NCBI RefSeq assembly: GCF_036321535.1 | Contig: NC_087436.1 | Location: 51,586,001 to 51,650,000 of the forward strand | From: Camelus dromedarius | Taxonomy: Eukaryota | Direction of reading: 5' to 3' | Length of the DNA: 64,000 nt | Shown here: positions 36,791 to 50,433 of the stretch, in pieces | Layout of the letters: each line of letters starts with the position of its first letter | Position numbering within the stretch: position 1 is the stretch's first letter | Notes under the pieces: model-generated | Seen by the model: the letters and a program-made list of their open reading frames with translations, nothing else | The model's database searches: none | Told to the model about the DNA's origin: nothing | Made by a program: the position numbers and the translations under genes

Positions 36791-39661
36791 TGCTTCATTT
36801 TTTGTGGAGAATTGTGCAGGATAAATTAATACTAAATGGTTCTATGGTAATTGAAAAATACCACCGGGCATTAGATGGGTCAAGAATATTCTTGTAAATA
36901 ATGTGATTGCTGGGGCAGTTTCCATTATAAATAAGTCACAGTAAAGAAACAGTGAAACTGGGAATTTGGAACCAGGAAACAACAACAGGAAGTGGTTGGA
37001 AGAAAATTTCAACTGGAAGAGAAGCAAAGATAATGTTTCAGCTAGTGGGGTAACTAGCTATTAGTGTGCATAGGACGGGTTCTAACAATTATGCCTCTTG
37101 ACATGATCCAAAAATTGGAAAAGCATATAGAAGGTATTTTCAACATCTACCACACAACTTCATAGGGCAGTGCATAGCCTGTTAACAGTTTAGAAAAGAA
37201 GAAAATGCACACTTATTTGAGGAAAGTGAAGTAAGTTTCCTGCTAAAGTCCCTATCATCTTGGACCATGATGTGAAAACCGAGAGTCATTGCAATCAATG
37301 TCTGAAACACCCATTCAGAGAAGAAAAAGCAGTTAGTATAATGGACTGTACAAAGAACTACAAAAAGATATAAGAACAGAAAGTGACATTTTATGATGAG
37401 AACTCTCACCCCAAAATTGAGTTTTCATTTTCCAAAAGCAAATAACAGAAATGCTGGTGATGTGAAACCAATACCAAGAGAACACTATCTTGTGCAGATC
37501 TTCTGACAGTTCATTTTGCTCCTTTCTTGTGGCTACCACATTCCCCACCTTCTGTGTGGTACCAATTCATCTTTTTAAGAAGATACCCACAAAGGTTATC
37601 TGAGATTCTAGGACAGAGGGCTCTGAGTGTCAGAGGCTCTACATTCTTTTGCAAGACCTCATGTAGAGTTCATGGATCTTGAGCCTTTGAGAAATGCTGG
37701 GGGAATCTCAGGCCAACCTTACTGGGATCAATGAAAAAATTCTTCATTAAGATCTACTGAAACCCAAAACATTATGTATGCTTTTGAAGGAAAGAGAAGG
37801 CATTATTACAGAGTGATTTCTTTATGAGTCTAGGTCAACTATACATAGGAGAAGGATGTTGAAAACTATATTGAAAATGGATAATAGTTTAAGTCATGGG
37901 TATAGCTATCTCCCTGGATGTAGTTTGAGCAGCCACAGAAACAGAGAAAGTTAGGGGTATGATAAATTTGTCTGATGGCTAGTGTTGTGAGTGGGAGAGC
38001 ACTTTGAAAAAATTTGCTGAGGGATCTAAGAAATGTATTTACTCTTGTGCACTGCAAATGTTGTGTATATATTTTCTTACATTTGTTTTCTACTGAAAAA
38101 AATCTGCCTTTTATTTTGGAAAAGACTGAAAATAATTTGAAAGTAGCTGAAATAGAGGAAAACACATTTTAAATTTTAAAATTAAAAATGAAAGTTATTT
38201 TTCACTCTATAAATATGTACTGAAAATCTACTTATAATATTCTAATAATGGTACATAAATGATGGATCTTTCATATGCTAAAATATATAATTCATAAACT
38301 GATCTTAACAGTATAATAATTAATAGTTAACAAAAATTCAACTTAAAAAATAAAAGAATTTTGCTTTATAGACACAGTGAATACTTCCCATTAAATAGCA
38401 CTAGGGAATTTTTTTAAGTGAATATTCAAAACAATTATAATGGATTATTATCCAGTCATTTGGCCATTATATATTGAGTACCTACTATGTGTCATTGTTT
38501 TTATCATTAGGATGTTTCCCATAAGACAAGTAATAGAAATTGTAATAAAGTATAGAGTATTCCAATATTATAATAGAGAAAGGATAATATTATTATAGAG
38601 CGGGCCCTGGGTATATGGGATATTTAGGAGATTTGGGCTAGGCAGAGAAAGGTTAGCTTAGTGTTACAGTGAGGAAAACCCTCCCTGAGAATCTGTTATC
38701 CCAATGCCTGACCAATTTAAAATAATTAAAATACAATCTCGAAAGTAATCTCAATTCAGGACAAGGCAAGTTCTCCTTAGTACTCTGAGAACTATCTTTA
38801 CATGTGAATTCCAACCTACACCAAAACAAACAAAAATGATAAGAGATCAGTAAAGCTATTGTATTATAGAGCTAGTTATGTCACTTTTTTCCCCCTAAAT
38901 CTTTATTCATCACTGTCTTTCCCTTAGCAAGTGGCATTTTTTTTTTCAGTCTTCTCCTGAAACTCTAAATTAAGTGGGAAGATACCAGCTGTATTGATAG
39001 TTTCCTTTTATACTTTTCTTCTTTCTCCCCCAGAGGCTAATTATTTTTATACCTTTCATACTTAGTAAAAGGGATCTGATTTCAGTGACTGATAGACTAA
39101 CTTCTATCTTACTAGCCATTTCTTTTTTTTTTTTTATCAAAAAAATATTATCTTAAAGAAGAAAGAGAGAAGCTACACGTGAGGTAAGCATGTTATTTGT
39201 TTCACCCTTTGCAGAAGTACCTGTTACACAAGGGTCTGGGGTTTCCTCCCACACAAGCATGGCCAGTGAGAATGGTCTCATAGGAGTCTCTTAGGAGCCT
39301 TTCTCTTCCCAAGAGGAGATCTGGCGACCTAATCCCACTCAGACACACAAGGAGAAGAGATCCACTATCCTATGTGTCCCAGAGAGCTAGAGAACACAAT
39401 ATATATCAGTTTGAGACTTGTGGCCACTTTGTGACTCTGAAATAGGCTAGTTAGTGAACTCACATACAGTGCAGATTAACCCTGATAGAGCAATTACGTC
39501 TGTTTGTCAGAAGCTAAAGGGGGTTCCCTCCTTGTGCTTAAGAGTGGATTCACCTATAAATCTAAGATTCTATGATTTGAGTGAAATTGATTGCACCCTC
39601 TTGTGACTCCCGGTCTCCTGTACTTCTTAGTTTTACCATAACATGTATATAGTTTATTCTT

Positions 39662-39936
39662 TTTTTTAATAGCATATTATTTGGTAAGTTTTTTCTTTCC
39701 CATTTTTAATTGAAGTATAGCTGATTTTCAATGTAGTGTTAGTTTCTAGTGTAAAGCATAGTGATTCAGTCACATATATAAATATATACATAGTCTTTTT
39801 CATATTCTTCTTCATTACATGTTACTACAAGCCACTGAATATGGGTCCCTGTGCTATGCAGTAGGACTTTGTTGTTTATCTGTTCTGTACATAGTAGTTT
39901 GTATCTGCTAATCCGAAACTCCCAATTTATTCAATT
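39662..39936 (-). mobile_element. 5'-truncated artiodactyl/camelid L1 3' end with TSD
   Basis: TTTTAATTGAAGTATAG...GTATCTGCTAATCCGAAACTCCCAATTTA is the reverse complement of the same family as ~52290-52520. Flanked by TAT(A/G)GTTTATTCTT at 39648-39661 and 39937-39950. Confidence 0.85.
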
Positions 39937-40764
39937 TATGGTTTATTCTTATTGATTTAAATAAAGCCTTCCTATAATAAAAATTAAGCCCCTCAAGGGT
40001 TCTTATTCATTTTTCTATCCCCAGGACTAACATAGTTTCTAAAAATAGAATAGGTGACAAATACATAAAAATGAATAAGCATTTGTTGAATTAATTACTG
40101 TGAGAACTATTAGAAACACAAAGTTGAACAAGAAAAGTCCCAGGTGTCAAAGAGCCTACAGCCTAAAGAAGGCAGAAATGTAAACGAATGGTAATTTAAT
40201 TCATACAGGAGTAAACCCTAAATAAAAGTGCAGAATAAATTGTTTAAGCCTGAAATGGAAGAGGTGATTAAATACCTTTAGGGAGCCTTCTGAGCAAAGT
40301 AAGTTTTGGAGTTTGGTGCTTTAAGATTGGGGATATTTCCATAGACAGGTTAGTTCCACAAGGAGATGAGAGAGGTAGGAGGAGGGTGCAGCTGTGAGTT
40401 ATCTCTAAACTTTGGACTTTTATTATTTAAAGAGCTTCACTGCTGTAGCATTCTTTAAGGTTTTATCAGGAGTCATGTACTAGCCTGACCTCCTTTGTAC
40501 TTTGTACGCACAGGATAGAAACCCAGGTCAGATCAGGTTATGTAAAATGGGATATTCTAACAGATCATGTGACCAAACTGTGGAAAGAGGAGTGAGGCAG
40601 CTGGGCCTCGTGGAAAACTGAAATAGAGGGCTGTTCTCTCTCCCTCCACTTCTTTTCTCTCACTCTAGAATAGCCACCTCAAAATGCTGAAGACATGCCC
40701 AGCTGAGGAAAAATGAGTAGGACTGAGCATTACTGTCTCTGGTATCAAGTTTAGAAGATCATGA

Positions 40765-41230
40765 GGCACAAATGTTCGTGGCAGCATTATCCATAAGAGT
40801 CAAAAAGTGGAAACAAGCCAAATGTCCATTGACTGAAGAATGGATAAAAAAAGTGTGGTGTAACATACAATGGAATATTATCCTGCAATAAAAAGAATGA
40901 AGTACTGATATATACTACAACATGGAACAACTATGCCAAGTTAAAGAAGCCAGTTGCAAAAGACTGTATCATTCTGTTTATGTGGAACATCCAAACAGGC
41001 CAGTCCTTAAGGACAGAAAGTAGATTAGCGATTGCCAAGGACTGGGGGCTGAGGCAGATGGAGTGTGAATGCTGAGTCAGAGTTTCTTTTTAGAGTGATG
41101 AAAATATTCTAAAATTAGACAGTAGGGGTGCTTGTGGGACTGTGAATCTACTAATAATGACTGAATTATACTTTAAAAGGGTGTATTTTATGGTATGTGA
41201 ATTATATCTCAATAAAACTATTATAAAAAT
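40765..41230 (+). mobile_element. L1MB-like 3' end
   Basis: AAATGTTCGTGGCAGCATTAT...CAAATGTCCATTGACTG...ACAGAAAGTAGATTAG...TATGGTATGTGAATTATATCTCAATAAA. Confidence 0.85.
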
Positions 41231-41479
41231 TCATAAAGAAGGACTGTAACTGATGTAAGTTGATTCAAGAGCTCATCTTTGTACTTAGGGAGGGAGGCGT
41301 GGAGCGTGCTGATCCATCTTGCTAAGGCCCATCTACAATAGTTGGAGGAGGAGTTAGGATGTGTCAAAAGACGGCCACACAAATTCAGAGCACGTGGTTG
41401 GATTAGAGAAAACCATTTCCCAGGAAAAGGCAGAGGTTATTCGCAGAAGCGGGAAAAGCCTATTGATTTCAGCAGTGGC

Positions 41480-41910
41480 TCGAGTTCCGCACGCCGTGCC
41501 CTTTCAGTTCTGTGGCGCTCACCTCTCAGCTCCTCTCAGGAGGTACTGGCTAAGGACAGCTCACAACTGTGTTCTCTCCAGGAATTTCCCTTGGCAACAA
41601 GAAGCTGCCTTGCTCAAGGTTACTCACCTTCCCCACAAGACAACTTGCATCCAGGAGTACAGTGGAAGTTCAATGAGTGAGTACAAGGGCTGGACTCCTT
41701 ACCCAAGTGGAACAATTTTGAAGGGTCATCCAATATGAAAACTCCCCAAAGTATGGCCTCAGGTCTTTGTTGCAACTGCTACTCTGTTCAGCTTCTTCCT
41801 TTTCCCACTCCTACTTTCCTTACCCCTTGCATGTATTGTTCCTAAAACAATTTCTCAAAAAACCTACTGCATGTAAGTATCAGAATGTATTTCCCAGAGA
41901 ACTTGTGACC
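41480..41910 (+). mobile_element. LTR16A-like ERVL 5' LTR
   Basis: GAACAATTTTGAAGGGTCATCC...GGTCTTTGTTGCAACTGC...TTCAGCTTCTTCC...AAACCTACTGCATG. Confidence 0.75.
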
Positions 41911-43625
41911 CTTGGTACCAGGAATAGGCCTAGGGAGCTGACTCTAAAATGAAATTTGGAGCTGGATCTCACTCCAGCCTTGAGGACATCATCATGGGCA
42001 TTGAGAGCTCCTGGCATGTGGTTTCAGTGTAATTGCTACCCCCTCCTTCTTTTTCCAGTAGTAAACTGGGATAGGATGCCAATGGAAAGAATGAATTGAT
42101 GGGTACAATATCTCAGACACATGAAAGATTTGGGGAAAATAATAATGATAAGAACTATGGAATTCAGTAGCTGTAGAAAGAGCCATTGGTACACTTAAAG
42201 ATGAAAACAAAGGCTGAGGGTGATTAACTGCCAATATAAAACAAATTGTGAAAGACAGAAAGCAGCATATAAAGGGCAAAGAGATTGTCATCTGCTGTAG
42301 CTAAAAGTCAGAGAAGGCTAAGGATCAGGGCCAAGACTTAATTTTATGAGTAGCAGAACTCCAAAGTTTGAATTCTCCATCCCGACAAGCCTGCTATGCC
42401 AAGATGAGGGCTCTGAGTGGGAAGGAATGGACTCTAAAGCCTGAGATGGTGATAACTGGGTCTCTGGGTCAATGCGCTTAAACATTGTTAATCTCCAGGT
42501 TCCTCTGAACTCTCTGTGCCTGGAGAAGTACACCACCTCTCATGATAAAGACCAGCACGTCCTCCTTGCTTGACCACAGTGCACGAGCTTATGCCTTAGG
42601 AGACAGGATATATCATCCCTCCTCATGATTCATCTCCATCTGCTCTCTTGGCCACCCAATTAATAAGTGTGGTCCAGCTACAACATGACCAGATAAAGGA
42701 AGAGCTGGGCTCCCTAAAGGAAGAAATTGTCAATAAGTCAAAAGAGCTGGAAGACCTAGCCAACATATACCAGCAAGATTCGGGATAGGATCCTGAAGAA
42801 GATGAATCAAGTCAAGTAAAACAGAACACTAAATAATGAAGGGTTTTTCAATATGGGTTCATCTTCCTGTGATACAGTGTTTAACATTCTGGAAAGCCTC
42901 AGGGGGTGAAGATGGTGCCAATACACTGCTTCACTAGAAACCTGAAGCTTGGAAAAATTGATGGCTTCTACTACATGAAGTAAAACTGTTACAGCAAATG
43001 GTAGAGTAACAGGATTAAAAGTTCAAATAGGCTTGCCAGAGAGAATATTTTATCACAGACAGAAAACTCATGAGAGGACTATGTTTTGTGGAGAGGTCCA
43101 TGGCACACTCTGTTTATCAAAGCGATAAAGAATGTGTTACTGAGAGGGGAACCAGAATTGTTAAGAAACTTAGTAGCAGCTGTCATCTGAAGCCATGGCT
43201 TTTACATAAGGAGGACCCCAGGCAGTTTAAAAAAGGGATGATAAAATCTCAAAATAACCAATCCAATATTTTAACCACCAGAAACAAAGTGGACACAATA
43301 AATGTAATTAGCAGCAAGGCTGGCATGACAAACAGGGGAGCTTGATCTTCATAGATCTATGGAGATGTTGAACAGAACACAGAGCTCCTAGGACCAAATA
43401 ATGAGACAGCCAACTCTTCAATCTATAGATTGCTCAAACTATATTAAAGAAAATTTTTTTTCAGACCTGAGCCATTTCACAGATTTGCAATCCACTGAGT
43501 GAAAGAAATCTTCAGAGGAAAGAAATCCCCTTGTACCACCATATCAAATTTTCATGGTGAGGATTCTCCAAGTCCTCGTCCAAATTATCCTATAGCCATT
43601 TACTCAGGTACTGTTTGCTGGAGAA
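41911..43625 (+). mobile_element. ERV3-16A3_I-like ERVL internal region (decayed gag-like)
   Basis: Follows the LTR16A-like LTR directly and starts TTGGTACCAGGAATAGG. Shares diverged blocks with 6855-9330. No intact ORF. Confidence 0.65.
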
Positions 43626-43920
43626 ATTCTTGGGTGTTCCATTAAACTCACATGCAGTGTAGACTAACCCTGATTTAAACATTACTTGTGTTCATCAGAA
43701 GTTAAATGAGATGTCCCCCTTGGATATAAGAGTGGATTTTCCTCTAAATCTCAGAGAAGGGGGAACTGAAAACATTTGCCCAGGTGGATTTCAGAATTGC
43801 TATGAGCCAGTGACTGCTATGTTGCCCACACACCACCACAACCTCTTCCCTTGCATAGAAGTATTAAATTATCCTGCTCCTATCTCATCATTTTATGCTG
43901 GAGTTGGGAGTGGGTGAAGA

Positions 43921-44390
43921 TGTCACCAGAGAATCGATTCTTGCCTCACGCAGGAAAGAATTTGAGAGCCAGGTACAGTAAGGTGTAAGCAAGTTTATTT
44001 AGAGAGATATGCACTCCATAGACAGAGTCGGGTCTGTCTCATTCAGAAGGGAAAGTGGTTTAGGAGATATACACTCCATAGGCAGAATGCATCTCAAAAA
44101 GCAAGAGGGAGAGAGGCCGAGAGGTGTGGGTGTGTTTACTTTAAAGTATAAGTAGATACACATCACATAAACAGAGTGCGGGCCATCTCAGAAGGCAAGA
44201 GAGAGAGTGACCATGAGGTATGGGGTTGTTAAGTTTTTATGGGCTTGATAATTTCATATGCTAATGAGTGAGAGGATTATTCCAACTACTTTGGAGAAGG
44301 GGCAAGGATTCCCAGGAATCCAGCCCCCACCCACTTTTGACCTTTTATGGTCAGCCTAGGAACTGTCATGGAGCCCGTGGGTGTGTTTAT
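43921..44390 (-). mobile_element. MER41-like ERV1 LTR, nested in MaLR-like remnants (~43680-43915 and ~44410-44450)
   Basis: TGTCACCAGA...TTCTTGCCTCACGCAGGAAAGAATT...AAGCAAGTTTATT...CACTCCATAGACAGAG...TCATATGCTAATGAG...GAACTGTCATGG, with three internal ~24-bp repeats. Confidence 0.7.
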
Positions 44391-45269
44391 AAGTTTATAC
44401 TTATATAAAACTAAACCGGTTGATGTTTTAAGACACTGAGGTTAGGGGCTACCATTGTCTTTTCATTTCTGTTGCCTTAGCACCTGCCGTAGTACCTAAA
44501 ATAGACACTCAATAAATAATTGCTAAATTAATGATTGAACTTTGAGGAAGAGGCTCTACTGGGGCTTCCTGATGTGTGCTTGGGCAGAGAACTGGCTCCA
44601 CCACCAAAAATCATCCTCACACCTACTTCAGTCAATAAAAGAGAGCTGAGAGAGAGAGAGAACATGGCTGTTTTCACTCTCCTTACTTTTTCCCATTGGG
44701 TTCATCTCCTACCAGAAGTTAAATGAAAACCCTAAATGTTTTCATCCTCTACAATGTCAAGGCAAGTGTCAATGTCACATCTGAAATTTGGCTCACCATT
44801 CAACCTTCAAAGCAACTAATGCTGCTAAGATGTGCTATAGATAAAGAGGCATCAGGATGATGGCAGAGTAGAGAAGAGGTGGCACAGAAGCATCGTGAAC
44901 TCCGTATGTTTGTCATACAAACACATCCACATTTTTGTAGAAGTTGAGTGGTCACCATGGACCAGGGTAGCGCTGAAACATCATTCCACTGCTCCTCAAG
45001 AGAGATGTCCATGAAATGACAGACCCCAGAAATAAAAGGCTAAGGGGTGGACCATCTGTGGCAGGAGCCAAGGGTGAAAGAGTTCAAGCCAGAGCCAAAT
45101 TTCCCTCATCAGGGAACCCTTTCCTTCAACCTCTAGAGCAATCTTCAGGTAAAAACTTTAAAAATTAAAGTCATAAATAAAACTATGAACCTGAGAAATG
45201 TATAATAAAATGAAATGCTTCCCCTATGTTTTCAGATATTTTGAAATCTATAAATATCCTGTGTATATC

Positions 45270-46212
45270 TGCATTACTCCATATCCACTGCTATCCCTTG
45301 AGCACAGCCTAGATTATTCCAAAAGGCTCATAACTGATCTTCGTGCTTCCATCCTGTCTTTTACAGTTAATTCTCTACACAGCAGCTAAACATAAACCAA
45401 TCCTGTTATTCTTTTGAAAACCACCAATGGCTTCCTACTATAGTAAGGGTAAAATCCATAGTCCAGTCCTGCCAGGCCTTCAAGGTCCTCCATGATTTGA
45501 GTCCTGCCCATCAACAAAATCTTACTCTTCGACACTCTCTGCTTCCCTCTTAACACGCCAGCAGCACTATCCTCCTTTCAATGCCTCAAACATGTCAAGC
45601 CTGTTATTTCTATGCTCTACCCTGAAGTATTTGCAAGCCTTCATTTTCTCATCAATTACATTTCAATTCAAATGTCACTACAAAAGGTTCCTTTTTCCTG
45701 TTATATTATTATTCCCACCCCTGTCACTCTCTGAACTAGCTCATGGGAAGTCTAATTGAACTGGTACCTCAACCAGACCCAATGGCACAGAAATACATTA
45801 TGAAATACAGTAAAATAAAAATACCCATGGGGCAAGATGAAGTTCATGTTATGCTAATAAGGTAGACCATTAAGTGCTAAAATATCACCTACCTTCAACC
45901 TGAAATTGTATACAGGTGGTGAGCATGCACTTCTACAATCCTTAAACCTATTCCCTTAGAGCTTCCAGAGTTCTTCAAACATGAGTCCACCTCTAAGTAA
46001 CAGGAGGGACATACACTCACTACTTCATTTCATTTTTTTGTGGCAATAATCAATTAGCTACCTATCAATCTATCTACCTATGAATATGATGACTGTCTCT
46101 CTCCCACACATTAGCTCTAAGGCAGAGATTTCATCTTTTGTTTTTTCATCACTCTCTACTCAGTGCATAGGACTGCATCTAGCACAAATGTAGACATCTG
46201 GAATGAATAAAC
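45270..46212 (+). mobile_element. L2 fragments
   Basis: CTCATAACTGATCTT...CTACACAGCAGC...AATGGCTTCCTACT...TTCAAATGTCAC, ending GAATGAATAAA. Confidence 0.7.
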
Positions 46213-46959
46213 TGAAATTTGGGTTTAGGGAGAACACAGTCACCTGATGTTCAAAATAAATCTGAAGTCTCAGCTAAAAATTAAGTGCCCTATCTCTCAG
46301 ATAACTCCTGAGACTGAGTGATACAGCAGGCAGGACAGAATCAGACATTTTCTGTGCACCAACCCCCACTGTGCTCAAAAGCAAAATAATCCCACCATCA
46401 TTTCCAAAACCTAACACCACTAATCCCTAAAATTACTCTAGTGTTTAATTTGGACCTATATCAAAATGTCTTTTTTTATTCTGGTAGAAATATTAGATGA
46501 AAGTTATCTCTTGCTTATTGAGAGAATTCTTCCATATTTCTAATTTTTGCAAATATTTATCCTAACTTGCTAACAAGTCACTTGCTTTGAGATATGTTTT
46601 ACTAGAAGTTTTGAAATGGAATGAATGAAAATACTTTGTGTAACTTAAATGGCATTGGATTGACAATTAAGAGATCTGGGATGGATTTTTATTTTGCTAT
46701 TTATAATAGGTTTGGTATTGGCCTTGGCAATAACATTTTACTTTAGCCTGAATTTCACCTTCTGCCAAATGAGATGCTTGGACCAGGAGTTTTCTATGCT
46801 TCCTCTATGCTCTTAAAATCAAAGGCTAAAATGTAGATCAGACATCCAATTTGAAGGTGATGATGAAAAGTTTAATAGTTTCCCCTTCTCCAATTGGACA
46901 TCAACCAATGCATCAAAGGAAATACGGAACAGGTAAACCCTAGCTTCAAATAAATTATG

Positions 46960-49900
46960 TGTCAGCAAAACCCAAAACTACAAATAAGCCTTGGAGAAAA
47001 AAAAAGTAGAGATAGGGTATTTATGGCAGTTAGTCACCAAAAATCCATAAGACATTTTTAAGGTAAAAGGAGCACACTGAATGCAAAGTACTCTTGTTTG
47101 CAACTGTTGGACATCGGAGCAAAGGTTGGCAACAAATATTTCCCAGACATGAATATGTTTGAAAAGCAGAGAATATAGGGCCAAACAAAGAATTAGTTAG
47201 AAAGTCCCACTGAGAATAAATTAGAAAGTCTACATGCTAAATAGGAGAAGGGGCATGTAAGACTTCTGCATTATAAAAATATCTGCCAAAATATCTCCTA
47301 TCTATTCGATTGGGAAAAATAAATATTAATTTTGTATCATATGTAAAATAATCATTAATCTGCATCAAATCACAGGTCCCTTCCTAGGTGAAATTCCTCA
47401 AATATCTGAACAAGAAAAATTATCTCATATAAGGATGCATACATCCAAAAATAATGAGTAAAGAAGGAGGAAAAGAATAAAGCAAAACAGATAATGAAAA
47501 CTTATCAGAAAAATATTGCCAAGAATCAATGAAAATGGAAAACAAATATCTTGGCACTAATATTCCAGTATCTTAATATAGTAATTTTCCCTATTTATTA
47601 GGAATATAAAACATGGATATAAGATCTCAGAAAAGAGGTATTAAGTTATAAGGAAAAGATAACACATAGGTTATCTATGCTAAGGAAAGAAGTAAAAGGG
47701 AAAAAAACAATTATAATTGAAATAAAAGTAAAATTGGAAGCAACATAAAAAAAAAATTAAACCTACCAAAAATATGTAAGGTACAGAGAGAACAGAAATA
47801 AGTAAAACTGAAAAGAATGGAAATGAAGAGTTAAAATACAGAAGGAAATATTTAGCTAGGAAAGCCAGAATAAAAATATTCAATACAGGCACAAATGAAG
47901 TCCCAAAGTAAATGAACAAATAAATATTTAAGGATTTTGTCGAAGAAAAATGCCCAGATACCAAAGAAGTATTGGAACTATATGCTGAAATGGCATACCA
48001 TATCTGAGAATAATCAAACCTAGATATATTGTAATAAAGTTTCTAAACTTCAGTGATAGAAAATATTCCTTTAACATTTCTTTACATTTCTTTACATTTA
48101 ATACATGTAAAACAGGAGGCAGACACATCAGGCTGCCTTCACATTTTTCCTCAGCAATCTTAAACACAAGATAAAGATGTTGTATATTTAATTTTGACCT
48201 AAGAATGTCATACACAGTGAAACTGTCCTGTAATATAAATTCAATAAATAAATATTTTTCAAAATAAAAGCACTCACTTCTGGTAGCCAGCATTTGCCAA
48301 CAGATCAGAAAAAGCCCATAGTCAAGGAGTAACATGTTCTTGGCACGTGTATACATGATGAGTAAAAAGCAGAAATAGTCAGAGCAGCAGCAATGACACT
48401 ACATGCTGGAAGTGTGTGTGTCTGTGTATACTTGCAATTACTTCCTAATTTATAGTACCTGGAAGTCAAATAATATCACCTAATGTTGATTCCAAAAATG
48501 TAAATGTAAGAATAAAAAGGTAACCAAAGCCAGAAATAATATAATAAATTCAATCTGTTGTATTGGGAGAGGGTTGAGAAGGGAGGGTATGGAAATGTTA
48601 TCATTGTTAATAATACAATGGTAATGCAATCTAAATATGTAGTGCATAAAAATAATATGTAAACATATAAATACAATAAAAAATATTTTTTCAGAAGAAA
48701 CAATACAAATCACTATAGACTGAAGAATTTTTAAAAAGCAAAGTTATATAAACATAAGGCATTGCATAATATAATATGCCAAATTAAACTTAAATTTCTC
48801 TAAAATATCAATAAAAGTAAATGGCCTAACTTATTTAAAGTAAAATATTGGAACACAATGAAAAATAAAATTGTGAGTTATATACAAGGAGCAATGAAAA
48901 AAATCTGATTTGGAAAAATAAAAAATAAAATATTGGGCAAACTACAAGTGTGAACAAAATGAAAATAAGGATCATAACATTACTGAATTCAGGCCAGAAA
49001 ACAGTCAATGAGAGAGACAGAGAAACAGAGAGAGAGAGAGAGATGGGGGAGGGGGGTGGTTAGTAACTTGAAAACAGAGAATACACTTCTTTTGCAAGTG
49101 GCGTGAAAAGACCATTTAAAATTCATATCTTAGAATGAAAAAAGCCTCAACAAATTTCAAAAAGTAAATAATATATTCATTAGCTGAGATATAATAAAAT
49201 TGGGAATTACTAACAAAACCAGAAATCAAAAACACCCTAGTACCTAGAGACTTTGAAACAATGTACTTTTTCTTACATAATCTTGGCTTAAATAAGAAAT
49301 CCAAAATGGGAAGTTCCAAAACATTCAGGAAGGTAGGGTGGGTGGGGAGGTAGAGAGAAGTGGTACAAACCAGAAACCACAATCTGTGGAATATAGGTAA
49401 AGTGAAGCTCTGAAGAAAATGCACAGCCTTAAAAATATACAAGAAAGAATGCAAATAGATGAAGAGAGCTTTCAAGGAAATGAATAAGAACAAGAAAATA
49501 AACCTCAAAAAAGCAGAAGTGATGACGTTAAAATTAAAGTAAAAACGACTGAGGTCAGAATAACAACTCTGGCCATGTCACGGTAGCTGGATCAGACTAA
49601 ACCCTTCCTCAACCCCACCAACTAATTACAAATGCAATTCTAAATAAATGTCTTTAAAGCTGTTTTTTTTTTTTTTAAGACATTGGAGAACCAAACAATC
49701 TGGACATGAGGAACCAAATCCTCAGGAGAATGGAAATGCAGGAGAGCAGTTATCTCTATATAAGATGCCACATGCCCCTTTGGGGAATTGCTTGTTTTTC
49801 CCATACAGTATAGGTGCAGAACAAGCAAGAAATTGCAGTAGTTGCACTGGGCTTGGGAAACAGAATTCAAAGTTCAAGATTAACAAGGCTAAAATTTCAC

Positions 49901-50377
49901 AAAAAAAAACAAGTCACAGAAAAATGAATCCAACAGACAGATCACAGTTTTTTCTAGATACATTGCAAATTCCTAAACTGTGAATGCACAGAGCTGTTAT
50001 GTTCAGAAACCAAGCAAAATATGGATGCCAAGTGGCAAAATAATTAAGCAGGAATTCTTATGGTCTTCAAATGCTGAGGAGACAAAAATTAGAGTTCAGG
50101 GTCTGCCAAAGAAAAGAAGCCATGAAAAGCACCTCAGGCATTACACTGAGAATCCAGAAAAGCTATTGCCTTTAGATAAATGCAAATTGTAAGTAGACTA
50201 GCCTTGACTAGTTCAAAGTAAGCTGACCTCACTCGGACTACTAAAAGACATATTAAATTCTACCTATTGGAAGATACTATCAGTCAGAACCTACACAATT
50301 TTTCATAAGTAATGTCTAATATTTAATAAACTATAAGTCTTATCAAAAATAGAAACAAATGTCCAAAACCAAGAGAA

Positions 50378-50433
<56 letters not shown>

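Noticed and set aside
47680..49508. Hydrophobic F/L/I-rich minus-strand ORFs (up to 142 aa) resembling membrane proteins
   Set aside because: Artefact of reading the T-rich antisense strand of A-rich old L1 sequence.
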